From an uncultured Bacteroidota bacterium (GTDB lineage: Bacteria; Bacteroidota; Bacteroidia; Flavobacteriales; Flavobacteriaceae): a DNA stretch of 64,000 nucleotides. Both the position numbers and the translations under genes were made by a program. The notes under the pieces are model-generated. The model worked only from the letters and a program-made list of their open reading frames with translations, did not search any database and was not told the origin of the DNA. Position 1 is the first letter of the stretch. Each line of letters opens with the position of its first letter. The stretch is from positions 9,124-73,123 of the forward strand of contig CACASE010000005.1 in NCBI GenBank assembly GCA_902535165.1, written 5' to 3'. Positions 41,022-51,687 of this stretch are shown here, in pieces.

Positions 41022-41413
41022 TAATTTAAAATTTCAGGATGCGTGAGTTTTATCTTTGGGATGTAAGCTTTAAACTTGGTTGAATTATTCAAGCTAATAA
41101 TCGAAAAATATCCAATGATAGTAGCTAATTTTGATTTGATTGAATAATCTAAATTTAAAGTAATTTTTTTTCCAGGCTTGATAATCGGTTTGTCTTTTAA
41201 AATTGAGTTCAATCTTTTTATACCATAAATTTCAAGGACCTTTTTATGATTAGATAATATTTGAATTGAGTTCTTGCTTTTATTGGATATAGTAATAACA
41301 GTTTTATATAGGTAATTAATATTTTTTTTTAGATGTGTTTTTTTGATAAAGTAAGATGATGTAGAAATTCTTATTCCTTTTAAATTATTTAAATCAGTTA
41401 TTTTTCCAATCAT
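41021..41413 (-). CDS. apaG: divergent ApaG (DUF525)-like protein
   Basis: 130 aa. The pattern YLYKTVITISNKSKNSIQILS ... KPIIKPGKK ... GYFSII...FKAYIPKIKL parallels E. coli ApaG (YVFAYTVTIRN..VQLL ... QPLIAPGEE ... GHYEMI..F.IDIPVFRL). The GEGVVG motif is not conserved. Confidence 0.55.
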   Translation of the reverse strand: MIGKITDLNNLKGIRISTSSYFIKKTHLKKNINYLYKTVITISNKSKNSIQILSNHKKVLEIYGIKRLNSILKDKPIIKPGKKITLNLDYSIKSKLATIIGYFSIISLNNSTKFKAYIPKIKLTHPEILN

Positions 41414-41433
41414 TCAGTTTAATTTATCAATTT

Positions 41434-42633
41434 CTAATTTACGATTTTTAATGAATTTTTATTAGCATATCCAATTATTTTGTAGAATCTATCAGAGGGT
41501 TTTTTTTCAAATAAAAAAGCAGTATACTCATTCTCTGTTTGCCAAAAATTTGAAGTATCATTTATGAATCTATTATTTTTTACAACATACTTGTAATTGT
41601 AAAAACCTTGTTTCAATAATAGTTCAGTTGTATAAGTGTTTTTAGATGTTTCTAAAAGTTTAAATTCTTCATTCAATTCATAATTATTAAAACCTCCAAC
41701 TATGTATAAATCTCCAATAATATCTTCACTGGAAATAAATGAGAATTTTACTTTACTATAGTCGGACTCAGTATTTATATTGATACCATTATTGTTAATT
41801 TTAAAAATTCCATTTCTATCAGGATTGTAAGTGTACTTATTTTTTTGAACATCATCATACAAAACTGTTGAGTATAAAGTACCATTTTCAACTCTTTTTA
41901 TTTCATTGCTTGTACTTAAAATATTTTTTGTATCAAAACCATGGTACTCATCCCCAGCATTAAACAATATGTTATCAAAAATTAATTTATTTGATGTTTT
42001 TAGAGTTGGTTTCTCAAATATTTTTAAATCATTAAAATTTTTATTTTTTAGAACAACAAGTTTATATTCGGAATTTATGTCATATACACAATTTGTACAG
42101 CTGAAGGAAATTTTTAGATTTTGATATTCATTAATTAAGTTAATTTCTTTAGTTCTTGAAATCTCAATATTTCCTAGCTTATAGTTATTAATGAAAACAA
42201 ACTTTCTTTCAAAAACAATATTATTTCTATTATCCTTTACAATTAATTTATAGTTTCCAGAAGATCGTATTTTAAAATTTCTATTGGGGATATTAAATGA
42301 ATAATTAGTGAATTTTTGTAAAGTATTAAATGAATTTTTATACTTAGAAATACGTATATCATCAAAACCAGTAATGTATTCATTTTTAAAAATATTTGAC
42401 AGTTCCCAGTTATAATCATAATGTTCAACTATGTAATAAAAATTGTAAGGTTTTGCACTTAGCTCATCAAAATTTACATTCATAATTTCGTTATTAAAAA
42501 AAACAATTTTATTGCCGTTAGATGGGGTTCCAGAAATACTTATGCTTTTTACAATTTTCTCTTGTGAAAAGCAATTATTTAATAAAAAAATTATTAAAAA
42601 CAAGTAGTTAATAAATAGATTAGATTTTACCAT
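41434..42633 (-). CDS. secreted protein with C-terminal AMPK-beta/CBM48-like beta-sandwich, possibly DUF5103 / type IX secretion plug-protein family
   Basis: Signal peptide ...LLNNCFSQ. The C-terminal LYIVGGFNNYELNEEFKLLE...LLLKQGFYNYKYVV resembles the glycogen-binding-module pattern (GSFNNW...G.Y.YKF.V). The family name is from memory and tentative. Confidence 0.4.
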   Translation of the reverse strand: MVKSNLFINYLFLIIFLLNNCFSQEKIVKSISISGTPSNGNKIVFFNNEIMNVNFDELSAKPYNFYYIVEHYDYNWELSNIFKNEYITGFDDIRISKYKNSFNTLQKFTNYSFNIPNRNFKIRSSGNYKLIVKDNRNNIVFERKFVFINNYKLGNIEISRTKEINLINEYQNLKISFSCTNCVYDINSEYKLVVLKNKNFNDLKIFEKPTLKTSNKLIFDNILFNAGDEYHGFDTKNILSTSNEIKRVENGTLYSTVLYDDVQKNKYTYNPDRNGIFKINNNGININTESDYSKVKFSFISSEDIIGDLYIVGGFNNYELNEEFKLLETSKNTYTTELLLKQGFYNYKYVVKNNRFINDTSNFWQTENEYTAFLFEKKPSDRFYKIIGYANKNSLKIVN

Positions 42634-42669
42634 AAAAAAACTACATAATATTAGTAATAAATATTTTAC

Positions 42670-42691
42670 TTCGTTGTATATTTACAACGAA
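42670..42691 (+). promoter_or_regulatory. perfect 9-bp inverted repeat TTCGTTGTA-N4-TACAACGAA upstream of nqrA (candidate operator or 5' hairpin)
   Basis: Arms at 42670-42678 and 42683-42691 are exact reverse complements. A near-consensus -7 box TATATTTA (42677-42684) sits at the centre, 20 nt from the nqrA ATG. A TTTT tract follows the repeat. Confidence 0.4.
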
Positions 42692-42704
42692 TTTTATTGG
42701 ATTT

Positions 42705-44060
42705 ATGTCAAAGGGCATTGTAATCAAAAATGGTTTATCCATAAATATCAAAGGTGTTGCAGATAAAGAATTAAAAAAAGTTCCTTTACCAAATAAACTC
42801 GCACTAATTTTAGAAGACTTCCATCTCATTATGCCCAAGCTTTTAGTTAAAGAGGGTGATACTGTAAAAAGAGGTCAACCTATCTTTTACTCCAAGTCAA
42901 ATGAAAATATCAAATTTGTTTCACCATCGCATGGAAAGATTGAAAAAATAGTAAGAGGTGAACGAAGAAGAATATTAGAAATTACAATCTCTACTGACAA
43001 AAATGATTATGCAATTAAGCATAAAATTCCAGTTTTAGAAAAAATTAAAAGAGAAAATATAATTGATATTTTATTAGAATCAGGATGTTGGCCTTTCATA
43101 AAACAAAGACCATTTGATATCATAGCCGATCCTCTTCAAAATCCTAAATCTATTTTTATTTCATGTTTTGATTCTGCTCCTCTCTCTGTAGATTTTGAAT
43201 TTATTCTTAAAGACCAAATTGAGTCATTCAAATATGGACTTAAGATACTAGAAAAAATCACACCTGGGAACCTAAATATTGGAGTCAATAAAAATCAAGA
43301 GTTTTTAATAAAAGAATTAGATGATTTTAATAAAAATATTTTTTCTGGACCTCACCCATCTGGAAATGTTGGTGTTCAGATTCATCATATTGATCCAATT
43401 AACATTGGTGAATCTGTTTGGATAATCAGACCTGAAGATGTTTGCATTATAGGTAATTTATTTTTAGAGGGTGAGTTTATTCCAACTAGAACTCTTGCAG
43501 TTTCCGGTCCTCCAATAAATAACCCAAAATATTTTAGGACTGTTATTGGAGCAAAATTACAATCAATATTAAATCAAATTGATTTTAAAAATGGAATTCA
43601 ATGTAGAATTATTAATGGTGATGTTTTAACTGGAAAAACAGTTGAATCAGATAGTTATATAGGCTTCTATAATAATAACATTTCGGTTCTAAAAGAGGGA
43701 AATAATTATAAGTTGTTTGGCTGGATTCCTTTTGTTAATAATTCGGTCCCAAGTATATACAGATCATCATTTGGTTGGCTTAATTCATCAAAGCCTAAAG
43801 ACTATGATACTAATTTAAACGGTGAGGAAAGGGCATTTGTTGTAACTGGTGAAATGGAAAAAGTTTTTCCTATGGATATTTATCCAATGCAATTAGTCAA
43901 AGAATGTATGATTGGAGATATTGAAAAAATGGAAAGATTAGGAATATATGAAGTCGCGCCTGAAGATTTTGCTTTGATTGATTATGCATCATCATCAAAA
44001 ATCGAAGCGCAGACAATTGTTAGAAATGGTTTAGATTATTTAATTAAAGAAACTTTGTAA
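42705..44060 (+). CDS. nqrA: Na+-translocating NADH:quinone oxidoreductase subunit A
   Basis: 451 aa. N-terminal I.KG..I...G pattern and position as first gene of nqrABCDEF. Confidence 0.93.
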   Translation: MSKGIVIKNGLSINIKGVADKELKKVPLPNKLALILEDFHLIMPKLLVKEGDTVKRGQPIFYSKSNENIKFVSPSHGKIEKIVRGERRRILEITISTDKNDYAIKHKIPVLEKIKRENIIDILLESGCWPFIKQRPFDIIADPLQNPKSIFISCFDSAPLSVDFEFILKDQIESFKYGLKILEKITPGNLNIGVNKNQEFLIKELDDFNKNIFSGPHPSGNVGVQIHHIDPINIGESVWIIRPEDVCIIGNLFLEGEFIPTRTLAVSGPPINNPKYFRTVIGAKLQSILNQIDFKNGIQCRIINGDVLTGKTVESDSYIGFYNNNISVLKEGNNYKLFGWIPFVNNSVPSIYRSSFGWLNSSKPKDYDTNLNGEERAFVVTGEMEKVFPMDIYPMQLVKECMIGDIEKMERLGIYEVAPEDFALIDYASSSKIEAQTIVRNGLDYLIKETL

Positions 44061-44061
44061 T

Positions 44062-45216
44062 ATGAATATAAGAGGAATAGTTGATAAAATGAAGGTACCT
44101 TTTGACAAAGGTCAAAAACTTGAAAAGTTATATCCCGCCTTCAATGCTTTTGAAACTTTTTTATTTGTACCAAATCATACATCAAAAACGGGTGCACACA
44201 TAAGGGATGGAATTGATTTAAAAAGAGTTATGATCACAGTAATTATTGCTCTTCTTCCTGCTTTATTTTATGGAATTTATAATACTGGTTATCAGTATTT
44301 ATATCAAACAGGTGAAGAATTTACTGTCTTAGATGCAGTAATTCATGGATCTTATAAAATTCTTCCAATGATTGCTGTTTCATATATTGTAGGTCTTGGC
44401 ATTGAATTTGCTTTTGCCGTTTTCAGAGGTCATCAAGTAAATGAGGGTTATTTGGTTACAGGTCTTTTAATTCCTATGATAATGCCTGTAGATATTCCGT
44501 TATGGATGGTAGCCATTTCCGTAGCTTTTGCGGTTTTAATAGGAAAGGAAGCTTTTGGTGGAACAGGAATGAATATTTTGAATCCTGCTTTAACAGCGAG
44601 AGCTTTTGCATTTTTTGCATACCCTACATATATGTCTGGAAATCAGGTATGGGTCTCTGAGGCATCCAATGTTGATGGTGTTTCTGGAGAAACTATTCTA
44701 GGAATGCTTGCTGCAGGTGGATCAACTGATCAGTTTAGTATGATGGATATGTTTATTGGCTCAATACCTGGGTCTATTGCTGAGACATCAACATTGATGG
44801 TATTAATTGGAGCATTTATATTGATTTACACAGGCGTAGGAAGTTGGAGAATAATGGTTGGATCTGTAATTGGAGCAGCTTTGACAGGCATGTTATTTAA
44901 TCTTTGGGGTGCTAATGAATTGATGAGTTTTGATTGGTACAATCATATAATTGTTGGTGGATTTGCTTTTGGCGTTGTTTTTATGGCCACTGATCCTGTA
45001 TCAGCAGCTCAAACGCTTAAAGGTAAATGGATATATGGAGTTTTAGTTGGGGTTTTCTGTATTTTAATTAGAGTTTTTAACCCTGCATATCCAGAAGGTG
45101 TGATGCTTGCAATACTTTTAATGAATGTGTTTGCTCCAACCATTGATCATTATGTTATTGATGCTAGTATTAAAAGAAGAGAGAAAAGAGTTAACTCAAA
45201 ATTAAAAATGGCTTAA
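44062..45216 (+). CDS. nqrB: Na+-translocating NADH:quinone oxidoreductase subunit B
   Basis: Polytopic membrane protein. FMN-attachment region VDGVSGETILG (the SGxT threonine) and GGTGMNILNPAL. Confidence 0.95.
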   Translation: MNIRGIVDKMKVPFDKGQKLEKLYPAFNAFETFLFVPNHTSKTGAHIRDGIDLKRVMITVIIALLPALFYGIYNTGYQYLYQTGEEFTVLDAVIHGSYKILPMIAVSYIVGLGIEFAFAVFRGHQVNEGYLVTGLLIPMIMPVDIPLWMVAISVAFAVLIGKEAFGGTGMNILNPALTARAFAFFAYPTYMSGNQVWVSEASNVDGVSGETILGMLAAGGSTDQFSMMDMFIGSIPGSIAETSTLMVLIGAFILIYTGVGSWRIMVGSVIGAALTGMLFNLWGANELMSFDWYNHIIVGGFAFGVVFMATDPVSAAQTLKGKWIYGVLVGVFCILIRVFNPAYPEGVMLAILLMNVFAPTIDHYVIDASIKRREKRVNSKLKMA

Positions 45217-45941
45217 TGGATAAAAATTCTAATATATATACTTTTCTTTTCGTAGGTATAATGGTTATTGGTATAGCATCTATTTTGGCTTTTACTTCCC
45301 AAACACTCAAGCCAATGCAAAAAGAAAATGTAAAAAACGAAAAGATGCAAAATATACTTTCAACAATAGGAATTAATGTTTCTAGAGAAGAGGCTGAAGG
45401 TTTATATTCTAAATACATTAAAGAAGAATTAGCACTAAAAATTGATGGGTCAGTAAATGAATCTCTTAACCCATTTTCTGAAATTAATTTAGCAAAAGAA
45501 CTGAAGAAGGATTATAAAAACCAGCATTTTCCTTTGTATGTAGCTGAAGTAGAATCTGAAAAATATTATATAATAGAATTAAGAGGCGTTGGACTTTGGG
45601 ATGCAATATGGGGTTACATATCTTTAAAAAGTGATTTCAACACAATTAATGGTGTTTCATTTGATCACAAGGGAGAAACAGCTGGTCTTGGAGCTGAAAT
45701 TACCAAAGATTGGTTTAAAGAAAGTTTTGTAAATGAAAAAGTATTCAACGACAATGGAGAACTAGTTGGAATTACTGTTTTAAAAGGCAACAATGATCCA
45801 AAAAATCAAGATAAAAATGATCATGAAGTTGATGCAATTTCTGGATCTACTATTACTGGTGACGGTGTAACAAATATGATAAAAGAGAGATTAAACAATT
45901 ACTTACCTTACTTGGAAAAATTAAATATTGCTCAGCTGTAG
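45216..45941 (+). CDS. nqrC: Na+-translocating NADH:quinone oxidoreductase subunit C
   Basis: Single N-terminal TM segment. FMN-binding motif DAISGSTITGDGV. Confidence 0.95.
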   Translation: MDKNSNIYTFLFVGIMVIGIASILAFTSQTLKPMQKENVKNEKMQNILSTIGINVSREEAEGLYSKYIKEELALKIDGSVNESLNPFSEINLAKELKKDYKNQHFPLYVAEVESEKYYIIELRGVGLWDAIWGYISLKSDFNTINGVSFDHKGETAGLGAEITKDWFKESFVNEKVFNDNGELVGITVLKGNNDPKNQDKNDHEVDAISGSTITGDGVTNMIKERLNNYLPYLEKLNIAQL

Positions 45942-45944
45942 ATT

Positions 45945-46634
45945 ATGGATAATAAAAATACAAAAAAACCATCTTTTTTATTTATTGGCAGGAGCGATGA
46001 ACCAATCTTATCAAAGAAAAATAGAAAACTTTTAACCGATCCTTTAGATGATAACAATCCTATTACAGTTCAGGTGCTTGGAATCTGCTCAGCTTTGGCA
46101 ATAACAGTACAACTTAAACCAGCTGTTGTAATGACTATGTCAGTAATTTTTGTAATGGCATGTAGTAATGTAATTATTTCTGTTCTAAGAAACTTAATTC
46201 CAAATAGAATAAGAATTATTGTTTTTCTTGTAGTAATATCTTCTTTGGTTGCTCTTGTTGATCAATTCTTAAAAGCTTATGCCTATGATGTTAGTAAAGA
46301 ATTATCAATATTTATTGGTTTAATTGTTACTAATTGTATTGTTATGGGTAGGTTGGAAGCATTTGCTTTGGGCAATGGAGTTTGGAAATCGTTCTTAGAT
46401 GGAATTGGTAATGCAATTGGCTATGGTATTATATTAATCATTGTAGCTTTTTTCAGAGAACTCTTTGGTGCTGGAACTCTATGGGGTATTCAAGTTATTC
46501 CAGATTTTATCTATGAGGAATATGGCTATGTAAATAATGGATTTATGTTATTATCACCAATGGCTCTTATTACTGTTGGTTTAATTATTTGGATTCAGAG
46601 ATCGAGAAATAGGACTTTAATAGAAGAAAATTAA
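45945..46634 (+). CDS. nqrD: Na+-translocating NADH:quinone oxidoreductase subunit D
   Basis: [18 protein letters not shown] and TNCIVMGR motifs shared with the RnfE/NqrD family. Confidence 0.95.
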   Translation: MDNKNTKKPSFLFIGRSDEPILSKKNRKLLTDPLDDNNPITVQVLGICSALAITVQLKPAVVMTMSVIFVMACSNVIISVLRNLIPNRIRIIVFLVVISSLVALVDQFLKAYAYDVSKELSIFIGLIVTNCIVMGRLEAFALGNGVWKSFLDGIGNAIGYGIILIIVAFFRELFGAGTLWGIQVIPDFIYEEYGYVNNGFMLLSPMALITVGLIIWIQRSRNRTLIEEN

Positions 46635-46635
46635 T

Positions 46636-47256
46636 ATGTTAGAACAATATTTAAATCTCTTTGTAAAAAGTATTTTCATTGAAAATATGGTATTCGCATA
46701 TTTTTTAGGAATGTGTTCATACTTAGCTATCTCAAAAACTTTAAAAAATGGTGTAGGAATGGGATTTGCGGTAATTTTCGTTTTAACCATAACAGTACCT
46801 TTAAATTATTTAATTTTTGAATATTTACTTTCTGATGGTGCTTTAGCTTGGATTGGTCCAGAGTATGCTGAGCTTGACCTTAGTTTTTTAAGCTTAATAA
46901 TGTTTATTGCTGTAATTGCTTCCATGGTACAGTTGGTTGAAATGATTGTTGAGAAATTTTCACCTGCTTTATATGGTTCATTAGGAATTTTTCTTCCATT
47001 GATTGCTGTAAATTGTGCAATTTTAGGAGGGTCTCTCTTCATGCAGATTAAAGATTTTTCAGGTGTTAGTGAGGCTGCTGTTTATGGTTTTGGATCTGGT
47101 GTTGGTTGGTTTTTAGCTATTGTTGGTATTGCTGCCATAAGAGAAAAAATTGCATACTCAAATATTCCAGCACCGCTAAGAGGTTTAGGAATAACTTTTA
47201 TCATTACTGGTTTGATGGCAATTGGATTTATGAGTTTTATGGGAATTAAATTATAA
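46636..47256 (+). CDS. nqrE: Na+-translocating NADH:quinone oxidoreductase subunit E
   Basis: [12 protein letters not shown] and [11 protein letters not shown] motifs (RnfA/NqrE family). Confidence 0.95.
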   Translation: MLEQYLNLFVKSIFIENMVFAYFLGMCSYLAISKTLKNGVGMGFAVIFVLTITVPLNYLIFEYLLSDGALAWIGPEYAELDLSFLSLIMFIAVIASMVQLVEMIVEKFSPALYGSLGIFLPLIAVNCAILGGSLFMQIKDFSGVSEAAVYGFGSGVGWFLAIVGIAAIREKIAYSNIPAPLRGLGITFIITGLMAIGFMSFMGIKL

Positions 47257-47258
47257 AT

Positions 47259-48557
47259 ATGAGTGTTTATACATATATATTAATTAGTGCTATCATTTTT
47301 ATAATGATAATTTTTGTTTTAGTAGCTATGTTACTTGGTGTAAAAGCTAAGCTTTTGCCCTCTGGTCCTGTGAAAATTTTAATCAACGAAGAGAAAGAAA
47401 TTGAGGTTGATTCCGGGAGTACACTTCTTTCTACTTTGGGAGACAACAAAGTTTTTTTACCATCTGCATGTGGGGGTGGTGGAACGTGCATTCAATGTAA
47501 ATGTATTGTCAATGATGGAGGAGGAGAAATTTTACCAACAGAAGTTCCTCATTTCTCAAGGAAAGAAATTAAAGATGGATGGAGGTTAGGTTGTCAAGTT
47601 AAGGTCAAAGAGGATATGAAAATTCATGTCCCTGAAGAGGTTTTTGGAATTAAAAAGTATGAAGCCAAAGTTGTTAGAAATTATAATGTTGCATCATTCA
47701 TTAAAGAATTTGTTGTCGAGATTCCTGAAGAAATGAAATATAAAGCTGGAGGGTATATTCAGATTGAAATACCTAAATGTGAGGTAGATTACAAAGACAT
47801 AGATATAACTTCTCACCCAAAAGAACATCCAGATGATGCAAACAAGTTTAAATTGGAATGGGATAAATTTGGTCTATGGGATTTAAAAATGAAAAATGAT
47901 GAAGATGTAGAAAGGGCTTACTCTATGGCTTCTTACCCAGCAGAGGGTAAAGAAATAATGTTGAACGTTAGAATAGCAACTCCACCTTGGGATAGAAATA
48001 AAAATGCTTGGATGGATGTTAATCCTGGAATTGCCTCTACTTATGTTTTCTCAAAAAAACCGGGTGATACAGTAACAATTTCTGGTCCTTATGGTGACTT
48101 TTTTATTAATGAGTCCGATGCTGAAATGTTGTATATAGGAGGAGGAGCAGGTATGGCACCAATGAGATCTCACTTATATCATTTATTTAGAACTATTAAG
48201 TCTGGTAGAAAAGTAAATTTCTGGTATGGAGGAAGATCAAAAAGAGAATTATTCTATGTTGATCATTTTAGAGCTCTAGAAAAAGATTTTCCAAATTTTA
48301 AGTTTTATATAGCACTTTCTGAACCACTGGAAGAAGATAATTGGAAAGTTAAAGATGGTCTCGATGGAGAAGGAGACGGTTTTGTTGGTTTTATTCATCA
48401 AGCTGTCATTGATAATTATTTAAATCATCATGAATCTCCTGAGGATATTGAAGTTTATTACTGTGGACCACCTCTAATGAATAAGGCAGTAGATAAAATG
48501 GCATTAGACTTTGGTGTACCACCTGAGAATATTAGATTCGATGATTTTGGGGAATAA
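47259..48557 (+). CDS. nqrF: Na+-translocating NADH:quinone oxidoreductase subunit F
   Basis: N-terminal TM segment, 2Fe-2S ferredoxin motif [15 protein letters not shown] motif RAYSMAS and NAD(H) motif [11 protein letters not shown]. Confidence 0.97.
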   Translation: MSVYTYILISAIIFIMIIFVLVAMLLGVKAKLLPSGPVKILINEEKEIEVDSGSTLLSTLGDNKVFLPSACGGGGTCIQCKCIVNDGGGEILPTEVPHFSRKEIKDGWRLGCQVKVKEDMKIHVPEEVFGIKKYEAKVVRNYNVASFIKEFVVEIPEEMKYKAGGYIQIEIPKCEVDYKDIDITSHPKEHPDDANKFKLEWDKFGLWDLKMKNDEDVERAYSMASYPAEGKEIMLNVRIATPPWDRNKNAWMDVNPGIASTYVFSKKPGDTVTISGPYGDFFINESDAEMLYIGGGAGMAPMRSHLYHLFRTIKSGRKVNFWYGGRSKRELFYVDHFRALEKDFPNFKFYIALSEPLEEDNWKVKDGLDGEGDGFVGFIHQAVIDNYLNHHESPEDIEVYYCGPPLMNKAVDKMALDFGVPPENIRFDDFGE

Positions 48558-49575
48558 GTATTATTTTTTTAAAAAATACTGTTTAGTAACACTATCTTCT
48601 TTATTAATAATTTCTTGTAATTATCAAAAGCCTTATGAAGAATTTCAGGGATCTATCTTTGGGACATACTACAATGTTAAGTTTTTTAGTCATGCTGAAG
48701 ACTTAATCAAACAATCCGATCTAGACTCAATTTTTTCAATATTTAATAATTCATTATCTACTTACATTAATAGCTCAATAATTTCTAGAGTAAATAAAAA
48801 TGAAGATGTTCTCGTTGATGAATTATTTATTGATGTGTTTAATAAATCCAAAGTGATATTTCAAAAAACGGCTGGACTTTTTGACCCAACAATCGGAGAA
48901 TTACTTGAATACTACGGCTTTGGTCCAAATAAAGAGATAAATGATATTGATCAAAATCAAATTTTACTTATTTTAAAATCAGTCGGATTTGATAAAGTAT
49001 CAATTGTTAATAATAAAGTATTAAAACAAAACTTATTAACTAAGCTAGATTTTAATGCTATAGCTAAAGGTTATGCAGTTGATATAATTGCAGAAATGCT
49101 TGACAAAAATGGAGTGAATGATTATATGATCAATATTGGTGGAGAATTACGATCTAAAGGTAAGAATCATTTTAAGGATAGTTTTTGGAAAATTGGAATT
49201 GAAAATCCTGAAAAAAATAAAAATGGGGATGTAATAACTAAAAAAATTCAATTGAATAATATTTCAATTGCCTCATCTGGAAATTATAGAAATTATAGAG
49301 TTGACCCGAAAAGTGGTAAAAAATATGTTCATACTTTGAATCCAATTAATGGTCAATCTCAACAAACCAATATTTTAAGTGCTTCTGTAATTTCTGAATC
49401 TTGTTTTACAGCTGATGCATATGCAACAGCAATGATGGTTGGGAGTTTAGATTATTCAAAAAGCTTGACTGAAAATAATGATGAAATAGAAGCCTATATA
49501 ATTTATTTTGATTCTGATAATAATTTATCTGAATATATGTCTGATGGGTTTAAAAAATTAGTTATTCAACCTTAA
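48541..49575 (+). CDS. apbE: FAD:protein FMN transferase ApbE (lipoprotein)
   Basis: Start placed at [10 protein letters not shown]... (the ORF track begins at 48511). Lipobox [36 protein letters not shown] and ADAYATA motifs. Immediately follows nqrF. Confidence 0.9.
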   Translation: MILGNKYYFFKKYCLVTLSSLLIISCNYQKPYEEFQGSIFGTYYNVKFFSHAEDLIKQSDLDSIFSIFNNSLSTYINSSIISRVNKNEDVLVDELFIDVFNKSKVIFQKTAGLFDPTIGELLEYYGFGPNKEINDIDQNQILLILKSVGFDKVSIVNNKVLKQNLLTKLDFNAIAKGYAVDIIAEMLDKNGVNDYMINIGGELRSKGKNHFKDSFWKIGIENPEKNKNGDVITKKIQLNNISIASSGNYRNYRVDPKSGKKYVHTLNPINGQSQQTNILSASVISESCFTADAYATAMMVGSLDYSKSLTENNDEIEAYIIYFDSDNNLSEYMSDGFKKLVIQP

Positions 49576-50344
49576 TACATACAGGAATAATTTCATCCTT
49601 AATTAAACCATATTTTTTAATTTCATCTGTAGATAGATTATCACAGTAACGTATTCTATTTACCTTGAATCCATGATTTTTAATTTTATCAAAAAAATCA
49701 GCTCCATACATTCTCAAGTGATCATATTGACCAAATAATTCATTTCTTTTTTTAATATCATTTATGTCCCTTCCATCTATCGTCTTATTCAAATTTAAGT
49801 TCAAGGGAACTTGTAAAATTGCAATACCATTTTTTTTTAAAACTCTTCTTAATTCAATAATTGCCAATTCATCATCATAAACATGTTCTAGAACATGATT
49901 ACATAATATAAAATCAAATGAATTACTTTCAAATGGCATATCACAAACATCAGCTTTGTATTCTGCTAGAGGAGAGTTAAGATCAACTGTTATATAATTT
50001 TTGAAATGTTTTTTAAAAAAATTATAGTAGCATTGCTCAGGTGCAACGTGTAGTATCTTATTATTTTCTAGAAAAAAAGAGGTTTCATTTTTTAAGTATA
50101 ACCATAATAATCTATGTCTCTCTAATGAAAGTGTACCTGGTGAAAGAGCATTTTTTCTAGGACTGTTATAACCGTATGGAAAAAACTTGGAGTAAGACCT
50201 TTCATTTATTGGATCAATAAATTTTTGTCCTGACAGGAAAAAATTAAATAATGGTCTGAGTGCAATACTTAATCTTATAAGAAAACCTCTTGGAAAATTA
50301 TTTAGTAAGAATTTAACTACTTGCTTCATTCCACTTAAATTCAT
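49562..50344 (-). CDS. class I SAM-dependent methyltransferase
   Basis: Methyltransferase type-11-like core (ILHVAPE..., FDFILCNHVLEHV, GIAILQVP). The start could instead be the MKQVVKF Met at 50329. Confidence 0.8.
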   Translation of the reverse strand: MNLSGMKQVVKFLLNNFPRGFLIRLSIALRPLFNFFLSGQKFIDPINERSYSKFFPYGYNSPRKNALSPGTLSLERHRLLWLYLKNETSFFLENNKILHVAPEQCYYNFFKKHFKNYITVDLNSPLAEYKADVCDMPFESNSFDFILCNHVLEHVYDDELAIIELRRVLKKNGIAILQVPLNLNLNKTIDGRDINDIKKRNELFGQYDHLRMYGADFFDKIKNHGFKVNRIRYCDNLSTDEIKKYGLIKDEIIPVCIKVE

Positions 50345-51143
50345 TTTCTTCCTCTGACTTTATGCCTAAAGATTCATATATAAAATCAAAAGTTGATAGG
50401 AGTCTAGGCTTGCCATCTATTAAGGCCACATCATGTTCAAAGTGAACACTAGGAAGTTTATCAGCAGTTTCAACTGTCCATCCATCCTTTAAAAAAACAA
50501 CTTTTTCTGTTCCCATATTTATCATTGGTTCGATAGCTATAACCATCCCATTTTCAAATTTTTTTCCATTACCCTTTTTACCATAGTTTGGAATTTCAGG
50601 AGCTTCGTGTAAATCTTTACCTAGTCCGTGACCAACTAATTCTCTTACAACACCATAACCATTTGATTCATTATGTGCTTGGATTGCGTGACTGATATCT
50701 CCAACTCGATTTCCCAATTTAAATTCTTGAATTCCAATGTATAGAGACTCAAGTGCTGTATCTAGAAGCTTTTCAACTTTATCACTTACCTGACCAATTT
50801 TAAAAGTATATGCATGATCTCCATAAAAACCATTTTTTAGTACACCACAATCAATTGAAATAATATCACCATTACAAAGCGGTTTGTTATTTGGGATACC
50901 ATGTACAACCTCGTAATTTGGACTAACACATAATGTATTTGGGAAATCATACATTCCTAAAAACCCAGGTTTTCCTCCACTATCTCTAATAAATTCCTCA
51001 GCTAGTTTATCTAGAAAAAGTGTGGTGACTCCAGGCTTAATCTCTTTTGCAATTAAGCCTAAGGTTTTAGAAACTAGTTGTGCACTTTCATGCATGAGTT
51101 TAATTTCATGAATGGATTTTAAAATTATCTTTTTAGAATCCAT
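50313..51143 (-). CDS. map: type I methionyl aminopeptidase
   Basis: VVHGIPN, GDIISIDCG, GHGLG and VIAIEPM metal-ligand motifs. Start placed at MDSKKIILKS (the ORF track begins at 51173; 51152 is also possible). Confidence 0.92.
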   Translation of the reverse strand: MDSKKIILKSIHEIKLMHESAQLVSKTLGLIAKEIKPGVTTLFLDKLAEEFIRDSGGKPGFLGMYDFPNTLCVSPNYEVVHGIPNNKPLCNGDIISIDCGVLKNGFYGDHAYTFKIGQVSDKVEKLLDTALESLYIGIQEFKLGNRVGDISHAIQAHNESNGYGVVRELVGHGLGKDLHEAPEIPNYGKKGNGKKFENGMVIAIEPMINMGTEKVVFLKDGWTVETADKLPSVHFEHDVALIDGKPRLLSTFDFIYESLGIKSEEENEFKWNEASS

Positions 51144-51687
51144 AATATGCATTTTCATATCCGGAACCATCAAGAATTTTTAAAATATCTTTTTCAATTG
51201 ATTCAATTGTTAATTCTACAATCCTATTAATTTCTTCTCCATTTTTGTAAAAAATAAAAGTTGGTATATTGATTATATCATATTTTAATTCATCTTCATT
51301 TGGATTTTTTTTGTCAACATCGAGTCCAATCAATTCGATTCGTCTATCACTGAACTTTAGGTAATCCATTAATTTAAAAAATCCTGGCACATTATCTCTG
51401 CTGTCACTGCACCATGTTCCCATTATAACTTTGATTGATATTTTACGATTTATTAATTTTTTAATTTTTTTTGCTGTTTCAAAATCAAGTTCATAGTTAT
51501 CATAGTTTTCAATATACCATGAGTCGTAAGGGTTTTTTGTCAAATCTTTTATTTTAAAATCTCCAATTAAGTCAACATATTCAATATCCTTATCAGACTC
51601 TGAATGATCTTTATTTTTAGTGTTAGGATTTTTACATGAAGTAAAAAATATCAGAATTATTAAAATTATTTTTTTCATACTAAACAA
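51133..51687 (-). CDS. thioredoxin-fold family protein (lipoprotein, CxxS-type motif)
   Basis: Lipobox IFFTSC. Thioredoxin-like GTWCSDSRDNVP region, where WCxxS replaces WCxxC. Confidence 0.7.
   Translation of the reverse strand: MFSMKKIILIILIFFTSCKNPNTKNKDHSESDKDIEYVDLIGDFKIKDLTKNPYDSWYIENYDNYELDFETAKKIKKLINRKISIKVIMGTWCSDSRDNVPGFFKLMDYLKFSDRRIELIGLDVDKKNPNEDELKYDIINIPTFIFYKNGEEINRIVELTIESIEKDILKILDGSGYENAYYGF

Noticed and set aside
42641-42838. 65-aa minus-strand ORF spanning the nqrA upstream region and the start of nqrA.
   Set aside because: It overlaps the well-supported nqrA start and the divergent promoter region. Its translation has no features. It is considered spurious.
51133-51687. 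WCSDS (CxxS) motif in the thioredoxin-fold lipoprotein as an unusual redox active site.
   Set aside because: Monothiol WCxDS variants are, as far as I recall, the common form of this flavobacterial thioredoxin-like family. Nothing in the gene context is unusual.
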